Positions 13,491-26,396 of a DNA stretch of 64,000 nt are shown in pieces. This stretch comes from Takakia lepidozioides (taxonomy: Eukaryota; Plantae; Bryophyta). Both the position numbers and the translations under genes were made by a program. Position 1 is the first letter of the stretch; every line of letters begins with the position of its first letter. The notes under the pieces were generated by a model, which was given only the letters and a program-made list of their open reading frames with translations, was not told where the DNA came from and searched no databases. The stretch lies in contig CM060732.1 of the NCBI GenBank assembly GCA_030704615.1, positions 7,564,001 through 7,628,000 on the forward strand, in the 5' to 3' direction.

Positions 13491-13899
13491 AGCAATAATC
13501 CCGGTAATTCGATTACGTAAATAATCAAAATTTAAAAAACGGCAATTACAAGTGGTTTTAAGCACTGGATAAACGACTCGAAAACCAAAATCCGTATTCC
13601 TAATAAATTTAATTGGGGTGAATATATAGTCGTTTGTACCACTGCTTTAACAACTAGGCATTCATTGCACACCCTATTCAAAGATGCAATTTCCGTGAGT
13701 GTTGTACATGGCTCATAATGTCGAATATTTAAATATATTTTAACTCTTTGTGCGGCTCATAGACATTAGGGTTTAGTCTCTCGTTGGTCGATGAGTTATT
13801 TTAATCGTCGGATGTAAAAGGATCTAAGGGTTGAAGACTAGAAGACTAGGTATATCCTTCGCCAAAATTCGTCTTGAGTGTTGGGAGAGGGAGCGTTTT

Positions 13900-14910
13900 A
13901 GAGAGAAAGCGTTGGAGATGAGGCTTTGGGGAGATGTGAGCAAATGATGAGGGAAGGATGAAGACCAAAGCTGGAATTATAATGTTGCTCTCAGCACTGC
14001 TATATTTGAACATTTATGTCAAATGTGGGAACATCAAGGATTGTTCATGGAAGGCAATGATCGCAGGATGCACAGCAGGGGCGTGGGATGGAGGCTTAGG
14101 AGCAACTGATGCGGGAAGGGGTGAAGCCCAATTACCACATCACGTTTGTCTGCGTTAATGCATGTGCAAGCCTGGCGGCCAAGAGGTCCATGGTGACATC
14201 GTGAAAGTTGGAATTGTACCAGATGTCGTTCTGAACACCGCCCCGGCGGACATGTATGCCGAATGCGGGAACATTGAAGATGCAAAGGTAGTGTTCGACA
14301 ATGTGGCTCAACGAGATCGCAGGATATGCACAGCAGGGCACGGGAGAGAGGCTTTGGAGACCAGCTATGAGCAAATGATGCGAGAAGGGGTGAAGCCCGA
14401 CCGAGGCATCACGTTTGTGACCACTTGCAATGCGTGTGCAAGCCTGGGAGACCTGGCAAAGGGCAAAGAGATCCATCGTGACATCGTCAAAGCTGGAACT
14501 ATACCAGATGTCATTCTGAACAATACCCTCGTGGACATGTATGCCAAACGTGGGAGCATTGAAGATGCAAAGGGAGTGTTCAACAATATGGCTGAGCGAA
14601 ATGTGGTGTCGTGGAACGTGATGAGCGCAGGACATGCACAACAGGGCGGGGATTGGAGGTTTTGGAGACCAATAGCAAATGATGTGGGAGGAGGTGAAGC
14701 TCGACCATATTACGTTTGTTTGCGTTTGCAATGCATGTGCGAGCCTGCAGGAGAAGGGCAAAGAGGTCCATGGTTGCATCGTCAAAGCTGGAATTGTGGC
14801 AGATGTCATTCTGAACAATACCCTTGTGGACATGTATGCCAAATGTGGGTGTTTTGAGGATGCAAAGCGAGTGTTCGAGAAAGTGGTCCGTGAAATCCCC
14901 CATGGGTCAT
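13900..14910 (+). pseudogene. PLS-class pentatricopeptide repeat gene fragment
   Basis: Repeated GVKPD.ITFV.VCNACASL..GKEIH..IVKAG..PDVILNNTLVDMYAKCG.IEDA..VF..MAERNVVSW, with several frameshifts and deletions. Confidence 0.92.
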
Positions 14911-14934
14911 GACACAAGGTCGAGGACAATGTGG

Positions 14935-15270
14935 TGAGGGCATCTTCTTCTTCAACCTATTTCAGCCTGTTTTGCCCTCTCATCATACTCGGCCCTAAGA
15001 TGCATATTTATTTCTGTAAGTTAGCTCGTTGGGTGGATCTGTGGTGGTTTGGGGTGACTTTGACAAGTTTGGCAGTAGGAGAGTATCCAAAAACAGATTA
15101 CAGAGATGAGGAAAAGTGTTGGAATGAACACTTTTCCAACCCCAGTCAATGGTGGGACAATGGAGACAACAAGGCACTGCTAATGAAGGCACCTTCTTCA
15201 ACACATTTCAGCCTGTTTTTCCCTGTTATCAGGGTCGGCCCTAACTTTTCATGTTGAATTCTGCAAGTTA
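14935..15270 (+). pseudogene. OSB-type PDF-motif exon (15079-15173) with duplicated intron
   Basis: EEKCWNEHFSNPSQWWDNGDNK is the first half of the PDF ssDNA-binding motif; the flanks are paralogous to 17477-17731. Confidence 0.75.
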
Positions 15271-15285
15271 CCTCGCAAAGCAAAG

Positions 15286-15700
15286 GTGTGGGATGAGGCT
15301 TTGGAGACTTGTCAGCGAATGATGCGAGAAAGGGTGGAGCCCAGGCCAGTCACATTCGTTTGTGTTTGCAATGCGTGTGCGATCCTGGCAGCCCTGGAAA
15401 ATGAGGAAGAGGTCCATGGTGGCATCATCAAAGCTGGGATTGTATCAGATGTTACCAGTGCCATGGTGGACATGTATGCCAAATGCGGGTGCATGAAGGA
15501 TGCATTAAAGGGGGTGTTGGGCAGTATGGCTGAACGGAATGTGGTGTCGAAGAGCGTGATGGTGGCATGCTATAAGCGCTACAAGGGCAGCGGAGGGAGG
15601 CTTTGAAGAACTCTGAGCACATGTGCAAGCTTGGCGGCCCTGAAAATGGAGAAGAGGTCCACGCGGGCATCGTCAAAGCTGTAGTGATTGTATCAGATGT
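15286..15700 (+). pseudogene. Second PLS-class PPR fragment
   Basis: EALETCQRMMRERVEPRPVTFVCVCNACA...MVDMYAKCGCMKDA...MAERNVVS. Confidence 0.88.
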
Positions 15701-15890
15701 CTTGAATTTTCTGTCTTTGTTGTTTCATTTTCTCATTGAGTACCAATTCTGAAGTTCCACTGGCCCATTTACTGGTTTTTTTCACATGCTTGTGGAGGGC
15801 TATGTCTGGTCTATTTCCTTCCATGTTTTGAGGAGTCCCTTATCATCCCATAAGCTCTATCAATAATGTTTTTGGGCTGCTTGTGGAGGG

Positions 15891-16781
15891 TTGGTAATGG
15901 AGCACCTTTGCATGAGTGGGGCATACTGGGGGCTCACTACAATGGACACCATGGGCTGCCTTGGAGACATGGACGCCAATGAAATTGTGGCCTGGCTTCT
16001 AAAATGCCAAGATGAGTCAGGTTAACTCTCTCTACCTCGCTGAGATGTTTTCCCCCCCAATTCGCCTTTCTTTCATGTGTATCTGCACCAGCCATGAGCC
16101 TCATACTGTGGTGCTTTAGATCACAGGCAGTGTAGCGCATCCTCACTGTGGTTACAATTACTCTTTGCACAATGCCTGTCCAGGGAATGGTATTGTAGGA
16201 TTGGCACAAGGGCTTGGGTTGAGGTACAAGGTTCAGTGGTTAGCCACAAATTTGGTTAATAATGAAGAGTGATTGATTTATGGATCACAGCAGTCATGAT
16301 GGGATCATTTGAGAAGTTGAAACTCAATGGGCAGGAATTACAACTGCAGCGATTCACTGAGTGGATTTATCCAGGCTATATCTTGGTTAAATTGCATCAG
16401 CACCAAGGTGGACACTATAGTGCTCTGTAGAGTAACAAGGATGACACATTAGTTGATGCGGACAGAATTGCTTCATTTATCTTCCCATTTTGACTCTGGA
16501 TATGGTGCATCTGTAGGGTTGGGCACGATGAGTTTTCCATATTTGGCCCAAAATAGGAAATGAGATCTGGGATATCCTCTTTTAACAACAAAGAACTAAG
16601 AGATATGGAGAGGAAGGGGCCAGGGCACGCATGATTCCAGACCAGGTTCAAAACTTGTCATCAAGATTTGTACAAATCTCGTAATTCTGACGTCCTTGAT
16701 TCAGATGGGCACAGATACTGGCGGTTTGCAAAAGGAAGATGGATCTTTCACAGGCGATGAGTGGGGAGAGATTGACACCCG
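15891..16781 (+). pseudogene. RGTB: Rab geranylgeranyltransferase beta subunit fragments (15891-16020, remnant ~16410-16477, 16715-16781)
   Basis: LVMEHLCMSGAYWGLTTMD...EIVAWLLKCQDES|gt, VDADRIAS, and ag|TGGLQKEDGSFTGDEWGEIDTR|gt. Flanking exons are absent. Confidence 0.88.
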
Positions 16782-17199
16782 GTATGCCCTCCCTTCAGCC
16801 TCAGGTGCTTCCACTGCTCTTTACTTATTTCTAGCTAAAATATGTTCCATTCCAGTTTGGTACCTAGAAAAGATGGATATTTTTCAACTAGCTTGGGTTG
16901 AACTTTTTAAAACTTGGTTCACTGCATGTGATTGCTGAACCAGGAACATAGACTAGTCCGAGACACTGGGAGGGAGATCCTACTGTTATTGTTCAGTTTC
17001 TTTCATATGATTTGGTTGCTTGGGCCTATCCTGTAGAGAAACAGACTCAGGGCCTCAAATTACAAGGAATCCCCTACCTTCCACCATTAAAGGTTACTTT
17101 GGTTCAACTGAGGTGTGGAATGCAGTACATACTGGCATGAGCACCCAGCTGATACATGGAAATCAAAACATGTACTAGTGCCCAGGTTGAATAGGCTAA

Positions 17200-17903
17200 G
17201 AGTCCTCAGTTCATAGGAACTAGTGTGATAAGTATGGTTGGGGTGCTTGCTGGAAGAATTATAGGTTGTCATTGCAGCAAGGCAAGGATGTATGCATGAT
17301 TTGTACAGAGGCATGGATAGCTGAAGGAGCAGGGATAGAGTGTGGGTGCAGATTCACCCAAGAGGGCCAGACTTCAAGCTCCAGATTAACTATGATTCAC
17401 TGTGGATCAATAGCTACAAGAAACCTGCATGGGTAGATGGTCAACTGGCAGCAGCGGCACAATTGATAAAATCAGACACTGCTAATGAAGGCATCTTCTT
17501 CAGCACATTTCACCCTGTTTTTCCCTCTTATCAAAATCGGGCCTACATTTCCATGTTGATATCTGCAAGTTAGCTGGTTGAGTGAATCTCGTTTGGAGCG
17601 ACTTTGACATGATATTACTGCTAATGTGACAACAGGAAAGTATCAAAAAACAAGTAAACAGAGATGAGGAGAAGCTGTCGAATGAATACTTTTCTGACCC
17701 CAGTCAGTGATGGGACAACCGAGGCAAAAAGGTGAATGCATGTTACATTTCAGAGAGTAGCAGACGCAATTCAGCTTAGGAACTAGCGTGATAAGCTGAG
17801 TTGGGTGTTTCCTAGAACAAATCTAGTCTGTCATTGTCAGCTACTAGCAGCAAGGCAAGGATGAATGCATGATTTGTGCAGAGGCATGGATAGCTGAAGG
17901 AGC
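17200..17903 (+). pseudogene. OSB-type PDF-motif exon pair (17352-17490, 17636-17731), truncated by a LINE
   Basis: IHPRGPDFKLQINYDSLWINSYKKPAWV and EEKLSNEYFSDPSQ*WDNRGKK; intron 17200-17340 is repeated at 17780-17905. Confidence 0.78.
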
Positions 17904-20900
17904 AGATTGTACTCATAAGGTGTTGTTTGCCGTAGCCTTGTGGCCATTGACCCCGCGCCCAGTTTGAGCGGGAACAAAAGGGACAGAACCTACCTCTGTC
18001 AGGGGCTGACGTTGGTAGTAAGACTTACCTTCATATATAGAATTAATCCGGGTTTTCCAGATATCCTCTAGAAATCCCTTCACACAAGCATCAATCTGCT
18101 GTGTGTGATTTGCCCAAAACTAGGCCTCAGGAGGGCCTGGGCTTTTGGCTCAGCCTCGAGACTTTCAAAGTTGGTAAACAGGGGTACAGGCACAATTCCC
18201 TTGATAGATTTGAAGAGAGCGTCTCTTTGGTGAGAGAGCCCCGGACAGTGTATCAGAAAATGAATACTGTCTTCAGATTGCCCACACAACGGGCAATTGC
18301 ACTCTCCCTTTCCTCTCTGCTTCTGTTTGCTGTTCAAAGGTAGGCTTCCTGCCCTGAGTTTAAATTTCAGTCTAGTGCCGAGAGTGGGTAGACCCTTGAG
18401 GTCATCCAAGATGTCCTCCCCCATGTCACTGACTGGAAACAAGTTCAGGGAAGTTTTCTGCCTAACTTCATTTTCATCAGACAATCTCATGGCAACAGAC
18501 ATGGCTTTGGACACTACAGCCTCTAAGTCAGATTTATCCAGCAGGGTCAAGACGTGCGGATCCAGGTCCAGGTCCTTGAGAATCTCTTCTACTCTCTTCT
18601 GCCAGGACTTAGCCTGTTTGACAGGGCGGTCCTGTTTCCAAGATATAGAGTCGATTAACTTAGGATATCTGGTGTTGGGCATATGTTGCAGCTGACCCCA
18701 CCATCTGACCTTGAATTCATCTCGTTGGGAGCTTAAGGTCGGAATGCCAAACTCACCCCGAACAGCCACATTGGCTGTTTTGGAGCATGCTGACATACAC
18801 TCCTTAAGCACCCCCACTTGAATGGATTCTAGATACTTAGCCTGGTTGGAGTTATCAACCCATATTGCAGATCCGTACTCCAAGGCAGGTCTAATAACGC
18901 GACAAAGCATGGTTTTCTTAACCTCAGAATTGACCCCTCTGCAATGGAAAAATTTAGTGAGCCCCAGAGCTTGCCCTTGCCAGTTTGAACAACTTTCCGG
19001 ATATGTGCATCCCAATTACAATTGGAGGAAAACTCAACGCCCAGGTAAGTGTAGGAAGGGAGGACCGGGATCTCTTGGCTACCCCACTGCCACTTAAGAT
19101 CACTTCCTCCCTCTCCTCTGTCGTTGAATGCTACCACTGCACATTTGCTGACATTAGCCTCTAGCCCCCAAAGATCAAAGTATCTCTTCACGCAATCAAT
19201 CAACTCCTGGAGATTGGTTGGAGTCTCCCCTATGCCTGCGAAGTCATCCGCAAACATAAGGGTTGGTATGGCGGTATCACCCACCCTTAACCCAAATCTC
19301 TCACTTTCCACATCCTCGAGGAGTTGATTGATGAAAGCATTGAAGAGCAGAGGGGAGAGAGTACATCCTTGAGCTACACCTTGGTCTATGTCCAAGAAGT
19401 TGGACTTCTGTCCGTTAACAGTGACACAGCTTTTGGTGTGAGCATACAAGTTGTGGACAACTCTCCACATCTTTCCCTTGATCCCACACGACCAGAGGCG
19501 GAACCATAGGCCATCTCTCCACACTGTGTCATAAGCCTTTTTGATGTCCAGGAAAAAAACATAAGTGGGTTTCCCTTCTTTTTTCCTTCTGGCTTAGAGT
19601 GAAGATATGATCCACACAGCCCCTGTTTCGCCGAAAGCCAGCTTGGCCTTCGTGGAAACAACCTCTAGACTCCAGATCAACCAGACGGGTACTTATAACT
19701 CTGCAGAATGTCTTGCCAACAGCATTGAGGAGCGTGATGCCACGGTAGTTCCCCGGTTCTTCTCTGTCACCCTTCTTGTATAGATTGACAATGACCCCCT
19801 GTCGCCAGCGCAAGGGGATCATTTCAGTCTTCCAGATAAGGTTAAAGAGGAGAACTAGGGCCTCTATCATGGGATCGCCACCGTGCTTGATAAGCTCGTT
19901 GACAATACCATCAGGTCCACCAGCTTTATATCCATTTAAATGTTCAATTGCTTCCACAATCTCAGAAGAACTAATGGGAGCGTTATAAGCCATTGAAATA
20001 TACTCCAGTTCATCAGGGTTGTTTTGAATCATAGGAACAGTTTTTCCAACTGTGTCCCTCCATACAGCAGAAGACCCCTCACTGTTAGACCTAGAAGTTC
20101 TGCCAAGGATACTGTAGTGAGTTTCAAAGGTTTTGACAAAGTCAACCGATGAAGTCACCACTGCACCTTTAGTAGTCTTCAGCGCTTGTACTTGTTGACT
20201 GTTTTTCGGCTTGTACAAACGTTGAAGGGCCAACCAGAATTTCTTGTCATTACCACCATGGTGGTTTGAGTTTATTTCACTGTATAACTTGTCCCAGTAT
20301 AATTTCTTCTGAGACCTAACAAGCTGATTGATATCTTTATGGAGCTGGTAGTACCTCGCCCACAATTCTCTGTTGGTTTTCAAATTGCAGCACTCTTTAT
20401 AGAGGGCTCGTCTCTCAGCTATCTGGAGTTTAATCTCATTTGTCGACCAATTAACAGCTCTACCGCAGACAATTAGTTTCCTCCCAATGATCTTGTCAGC
20501 CACGGAGGAAATGAAACTCTCCCAAGAGTCCACTGCTCTTTCGACTTCATTTCTTGCGTTGTCAGAGCGAGATTGAAGTTCTTGGAGCGATTGGACAAAA
20601 TGAGGGAGAGCCTCTTGCAAGGCCTGGACGTACTCAGCCTTGACCTCCTCATTATGGAATTTTTCTATGCGCCACTTCCGAATCGAACGTTTCACAGATC
20701 TCTTGGTGTTGGGAAAACACCTTTTGATCTCTGTCCAAACCAAGAAGTGGTCAGAGGTACCAATATGAGTTATGTCGATCAACACATTGGCACACTGGGG
20801 GAACAAATTTTTGTCCATTATGATATAGTCCACAATGGAACGTTCCCCAGTTTGGGATTTCTCACGAGTCCACTGCACTTGGTCACCTCTTGTCTTGTTA

Positions 20901-22178
20901 TTCAAGGTCAAAAGCTGAAGCTCTTCCAGACAGTTAATTAACCGTCTGCCATTAGAATTCAGCTCGTCCTCACCAAAAGGCCCAATGATATCGTCCTGAT
21001 GGAGCCCTTTCCCCACCCGCGCATAGTCTCCCAATAGCACCACCTGATTTTTGGCAAGGAACGAAGCACAGTCCAGCTTTACATCTTCGAAGGCTTTGTC
21101 TGCGTCAGCACTAAGGGTCCCCTGTGTGGGCATGTAAACACAACCCACAAAGAGGTCCTTCGTACTCATGCCGCCCTTCAGATTCAGTTTTAGCCAGATA
21201 CTATGCTCGTACCTCAAACACTTGTTGATAATTTCACAATTGTCAAATGAGAAATCACGGACAAAGAATCCAACCCCTTTTTGACTGCGTTTGGCAGAGG
21301 CTGCCTTGAGAGTACACATCTCCCATTTACATCTCCCATTTATAACCATTGACATCTCCAACCAGTTTATCTGACGTTTCCATGTTTCTTGCCAGCTGCA
21401 AGCCAGCCCTTTGCATGGGAAATGTTTGTCGTCTAGGTAGCTTGTGATTGCTCCTGGACGGCCAACCGTTCTGCAAAGGGGGGACAGTTACCCCATGTAT
21501 AGATTTTGCTCGTCTTGTGTAAACTTTGAGAACTGGTAAACCATTCAAGGTACCAAATCCTTCAGTTACACGACGCACAGGCTCCGCACACATAGGGACA
21601 GATTGTCCGTCAAACTGCTTGGGGACAATTACCCCGTGTATAGATTTTGCTCGTCTTGTGTAGACTTTGAGGATTGCTAAACCATTTAGAGTACCAAATC
21701 CTTCAGTTACACGACGTTCAGGCTCTGCACACTTAGGTATAGATTGTCCATCTGACAGCTTGGGGACAATTACCCCGTGTATAGAATTTGTTCGTCTTGT
21801 GCAAACCTTGAGGATTGGTAAACCATTCAGAGTACCAAATCCTTCAGATTGAGGACGTTCAGGTTCCGTACACTTAGGGGCATCTTGTCTTTCTGGCTGT
21901 TTGGATTCAACCTCATCCAGAGCATCAAACCGATTAGAAACTCTCAAGTTGAAGTCCTTGCCCTTGGTTGTCTTCCTAGAGCGCCCCACTGAATCACCAA
22001 TGTCTAAGACCGCTCTCCAGCCAGTCAAGGGACGAACTTCTTTGAGATTGAATTGATGTGGGACTCTATTGAAGCACTTTTGGTCATTGCAACCTTCAAC
22101 GCGCCCTGTTATCAAGTCTCGAGATGGTACCATTAGCCATGAAATCCAAGCCTAAGCTAGAGCATGTAGTTTTAAAGA
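17904..22178 (-). mobile_element. Near full-length non-LTR retrotransposon (APE endonuclease + RT + C-terminal Cys/His motif; RTE/RTEX-like), frameshifted, 5' end cut by CACTA
   Basis: APE motifs GVGF, VGCVYMP, LLGD, IVDYI, SDHFLV; RT motifs PGNYRGITLL, QAGFR, QGCTLSPLLF, LMFADD, YTYLG; CPLC...EDSIHFLIHCP; upstream ORF contains VSNRFDAL. Confidence 0.93.
21470..21880 (-). repeat. Three tandem 141-bp (47-aa) in-frame repeats in LINE ORF1
   Basis: gtaccaaatccttcag recurs at 21550, 21691 and 21832. Confidence 0.95.
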
Positions 22179-25100
22179 CACTACAGGAAAAGGGGGGCCT
22201 TTGCATCGCCCGCGCCACGCCGCAGCGTCGGGAAAATGCCATTTTTGGGCACGCGGGAGGCGCAAAATTTGCGACGCCCGGCCGTCGCCTTACAATCGCA
22301 AGGGCGCCGTCAAAATGACGTCGCAAAAATGTGACGTATGGGGGTCGCGAGCCCCCGCCCCAACTCCCGCGACTGCCAGACGTCGGTTTTTCAGGCTGTG
22401 CGCGCCGATGGCAGGAGCCTCTTCGAGCAACGTCTCGCCGTCGCTGCCCTCCAGCCGACGGCGTTGGTGGGGGCGCCGGCGCGGTGTCGCATCCCTTTTT
22501 TTTTTTTAACCTGCCCGAGAGTTAGCCGAGTGGTACGCCAAGCGACGCCTGTGCGTCGCTGCCAGCGACTATTGGGCGTGGCACAAAACAGCGGGAGTCG
22601 GTCTCTGCCACGCCCGGGCGTGGGTTGTTGCGACGTTCCGGCGTCGCTTTGTTTTTAAATTTAATAAAAAAAAAACGTGGCGCAGGCAGGGTGGCGGTTT
22701 CCACGACGCCAGGGCGTCGCGGATTGCGACCCCCGGACTAAAAAACACGTCGCCATTGGCAACATGATGCAGTCGCGAGGGCAGCCTGGTGGGGGGGGGG
22801 GATTGGGGGTTCATTTTGGGGGTGAATTGGGGGTGGTTTTTTGTTTTTTTTCCTTGTTTTGTATTTGGGGATGGGAGAACTTACAGTTCCATTTCTCTAA
22901 GTTAACAGGTACACAATTGAGCAAGCATGAATCAAGGGTGAGGACAGTGCGACACATGAATAAGATGGAAGATGGAAAGATAAAAATATATTTACAAGAA
23001 ATGAGCTGAAAAGCTCACAAGGGTTCAGTAGACTGACCCTGGGATCTACATGGACTAGGACTAATCATCCTCATCCTCATTCTCAGTAGAAGACTCAGAG
23101 CTATCCGATGAGCCTGATGACTCCGCACCCTTTGCCAGAGCACGTAAATGAGGCGGCATTCCCCTAAGTCCCACAAAGCTTGAATCCAATCCCTCGGCAT
23201 GACCCTCGACCTAGTGCCCTGTAGTGCACTCATCCCCTCTGTGTTGGCCATGTTCTTCATGATGTATTGCCAACCATGCTCCTTAGCGTAGTTGTCTCTA
23301 CCGGAAATGGCTTCCTCTCAAATGCACGTTGTTACATATGCCACAAATTAAAGTCAATTCTTCGTGATGATGGAGCCAGAAAAAAGACATAACAAAAATC
23401 CATAAGGAAGTACGACTCACAAATTGCAAGATAAAACCCTTAGATCCGTCGGCGCCCCACTTGTGTGTGGATTCGTGCTTGTCAAGGCGGACTGTTGTTG
23501 CTTCGCGTACCCGGTCAAATTTGGCCTTGTTTGCGGCATCAGTCTCTCCCGCAATGAGTGCATCTCACGATACCTATGCACCACTCTCCCCCCCCCCCCC
23601 CCCCCCCCCTCCCAACAATTAGTGAATTACACACAGACATTGCATCGAATCCACCTCATTAATGCACATACGACAAATGGAAGGTGACATGATTTAGGAT
23701 TTGTCAATCTGTGTAATTCCATAAGGTGGTTTGGGTATGGCCCCCTTTTCCATTGCCCTCCGAATGATCTGTCTGGCACGGTACCTCCCGTCCTTCAAGT
23801 TTCGCCCCACCATCTCTATCATCCTTATGTCACTCCAATTGCCCGGAAACCGACGGTCTAACTCACGGGCATACGTCCGCTTCGCGCCAAAGTGCTGATC
23901 AGCCCACTCGATTTGCAAAAGGAACCACCTCAATGCGAGTTCGAAGGCTGGCTTCTTCATAGCCTCCTAGAACGCACCGCAGGGGTCACCATGGCGATTC
24001 ACCTCCACCGGTGGCACCACGATCTTTGCCAACTCCACGTCTTGTATCGCCAAGGCCATGTTCTTCTTCTCACCCTCTCCCTTCTTTGTAGCCTCCTTCC
24101 CCTACTCCTTTGTTACCCTACTGCCCCCCCCATGCACACTCACCCCTTCCTCTCCATGGGACTTCTTCTTCTTCTTCTTCTTCTTTTCCTTCCCCTTCTC
24201 CACGACCATCTCCTTCCCCTTCCCGGCTACTTCCTCTCTCTCATTCTCCTCTCTCTTCTCTCTCTCTCTCCTCGGCAGCCCCTTCATTGATGGTAAAAGG
24301 GATCTCAGGAGGTCGAGGCCTCTTCTTCTTACCTTTGGTGTTCAGGTCCTTCATGAACACCACATGCTCTCCCTCATTGGCAACCCCACTGGACTGCACC
24401 AATGAGGCCAGCCATGTTGCTGCCTCCTGAAGACAAATAATCCCTCCAAATTCAAAAAAAGAAACAAACAACAAAGAAAATCATGCATGCAAAGGAAAGG
24501 ATAAATCATGGAACAAAGTGCGACAGTTGTACCTTTGCAAGCTTGTCTGACTCGCCCCTGGTGTCACCCGATGTGGATGGAGTCCCAGTTTCCGGATGTT
24601 TCCGCTCTATCCCCTCCCGGGGTGCCACTGGAAGTAGATTCCAGATGTGGAGCATAGCCGGCGGCGGCGCCCCGTAGTCCAGGCCCTTCTTTGCTGACCG
24701 CTTAGGCTTAGGGGGCAGTATCGCTGATCGGCTAGGCTGCTCCGAACCGGCCCATACCTCCTCCTCTCCCCTCCCCCCAAATGCGTATCAGGATAGAATC
24801 CCTCACCCGGCTTGACTTCTTCGAGGCGCTTCGCTATCTTGGCCACTTCATTGGCCCTTCTCGTCTCCTCCTCCCTCATCGACAACAATGGGCTGGCAAT
24901 GGAGGCTTTCAAAGGCCCTTGACCCTGACGTTGGGCCTTGGCAAGTGCAGCCTTTGCTGCGGAGGAAGGGGTCGTTATGGGGGTGACATCCAAAAAGTGC
25001 CCATACCGGGCCCCCGAACGGGTGATGTGCTTGCCAAGATACATTTCACCCGTCTTGGTGGTCGGGGGTGTGCTCAACTAAGCATCCGGCTCAACAACAA

Positions 25101-25674
25101 CCTCCCGAATATGAGAGCTGGCTGAGCCGGCCCCTGGCGCATCCAAGATGTGGACAAGAGGGGGGGTACTGGCCTCGGGGGGCAGACGAGCCCTCCGGCT
25201 GCGGCTGTCGACGGGGCTGGTTAGCCGTGAGACGCCCTGGCGCGTCACACGTGCCGGCAGAGCAAACGAATTTTCCGCCCCTTTCTTTGGGGTAGGGGAC
25301 TTCTTCTCTTTCCCCATAAGCTGGCACCTGTCATGCAAACCCACAAGTTGGCCTCATTAGGAACATTCCAGATCAAAAAAAAAAAAAAAACCAAGCATGT
25401 CGGGGCTGAGAGCAGCAAGTGCTCGGGGTCTCGAGAGGGGGCAACAAAGAGAAAAGAAATAGGTGGGGGGGGGGGGGGGGGGGGAAGCGACTGAGCACCA
25501 CGGGCTCAGTCACTCCCCCACCACCCCCCCCCCCCTCCCATTTTTTATTTATTTTGGTTTCCTGATCTCTCCTTCTCTCTGTCCATCACTCCCTCTCTCC
25601 CTCTTCCTCCCTCTCTTTTTTGCTGTTCACAAAAGTAAACAAACCACAAGGGAGAGAGGGTGCAAAAAATTAAA
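22179..25674. mobile_element. CACTA/EnSpm-like element, copy 1 (left arm)
   Basis: Starts CACTACAGGAAAA; ~600 bp of GCGACGCC/GGCGTCGC subterminal repeats; colinear with copy 2 (45220-46651 plus 57938 onward). Confidence 0.82.
23050..25344 (-). pseudogene. CACTA accessory (TnpA-like) gene, degenerate
   Basis: K/E-rich region followed by VN.HGDPCG...W..Q..K...RRF..W...MVGRNLK; conserved between both CACTA copies. The TnpA assignment is by weak resemblance and position. Confidence 0.5.
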
Positions 25675-26396
25675 AGATTGTACTCATAAGACGTTGTTTG
25701 CCATAGCCTTGTGGCCATTGACCCCGCGCCCAGTTTGAGCGGAAACAAAAGGGACAGAACCTGCCTCTATCAGGGGCTGACGTTGGTAGTAAGACTTACC
25801 TTCATATATAGAATTAATCTGGGTTTCCAGATATCCTCTAGAAATCCCTTCACACAAGCATCAATCTGTTGTGTGTGATTTGCCCAATAACTAGGCCTCG
25901 GGAGGGCCTGGGCTTTTGGCTCAGCCTTGAGACTTTCAAAGTTGGTAAACAGAGGTACAGGCACAATTCCCTTGATAGATTTGAAGAGAGCGTCTCTTTG
26001 GTGAGAGAACCCCGGACAGTGTATCAGAAAATGAATATTGTCTTCAGATTGCCCACACAACGGGCAATTGCACTCTCCCTTTCCTCTCTGCTTCTGTTTG
26101 ATGTTCAAAGGTAGGCTTCCTGCTCTGAGTTTAAATTTTAGTCTAGTGCCGAGAGTGGGTAGACCTTTTAGGTCATCCAAGATGTCCTCCTCCATGTCAC
26201 TGACTGGAAACAAGTTCAGGGAAGTTTTCTGCCTAACTTCATTTTCATCAGACAATCTCATGGCAACAGACATGGCTTTGGACACTACAGCCTCTAAGTC
26301 AGATTTATCAACCTATATTGCAGATCTGTACTCCAAGGCAGGTCTAATAATGCGACAAAGCATGGTTTTTTTAACCTCAGAGTTGACCCCTCTGCA
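25675..26396 (-). mobile_element. LINE 3' fragment with an internal deletion
   Basis: Near-identical to 17904-18945 but lacks ~18540-18855 (TTATC microhomology). Confidence 0.92.

Noticed and set aside
23218-23226. CCTGTAGTG as right TIR of CACTA copy 1
   Set aside because: No TSD match, homology with copy 2 continues past it, and copy 2 has CCTGTAGCG at that position.
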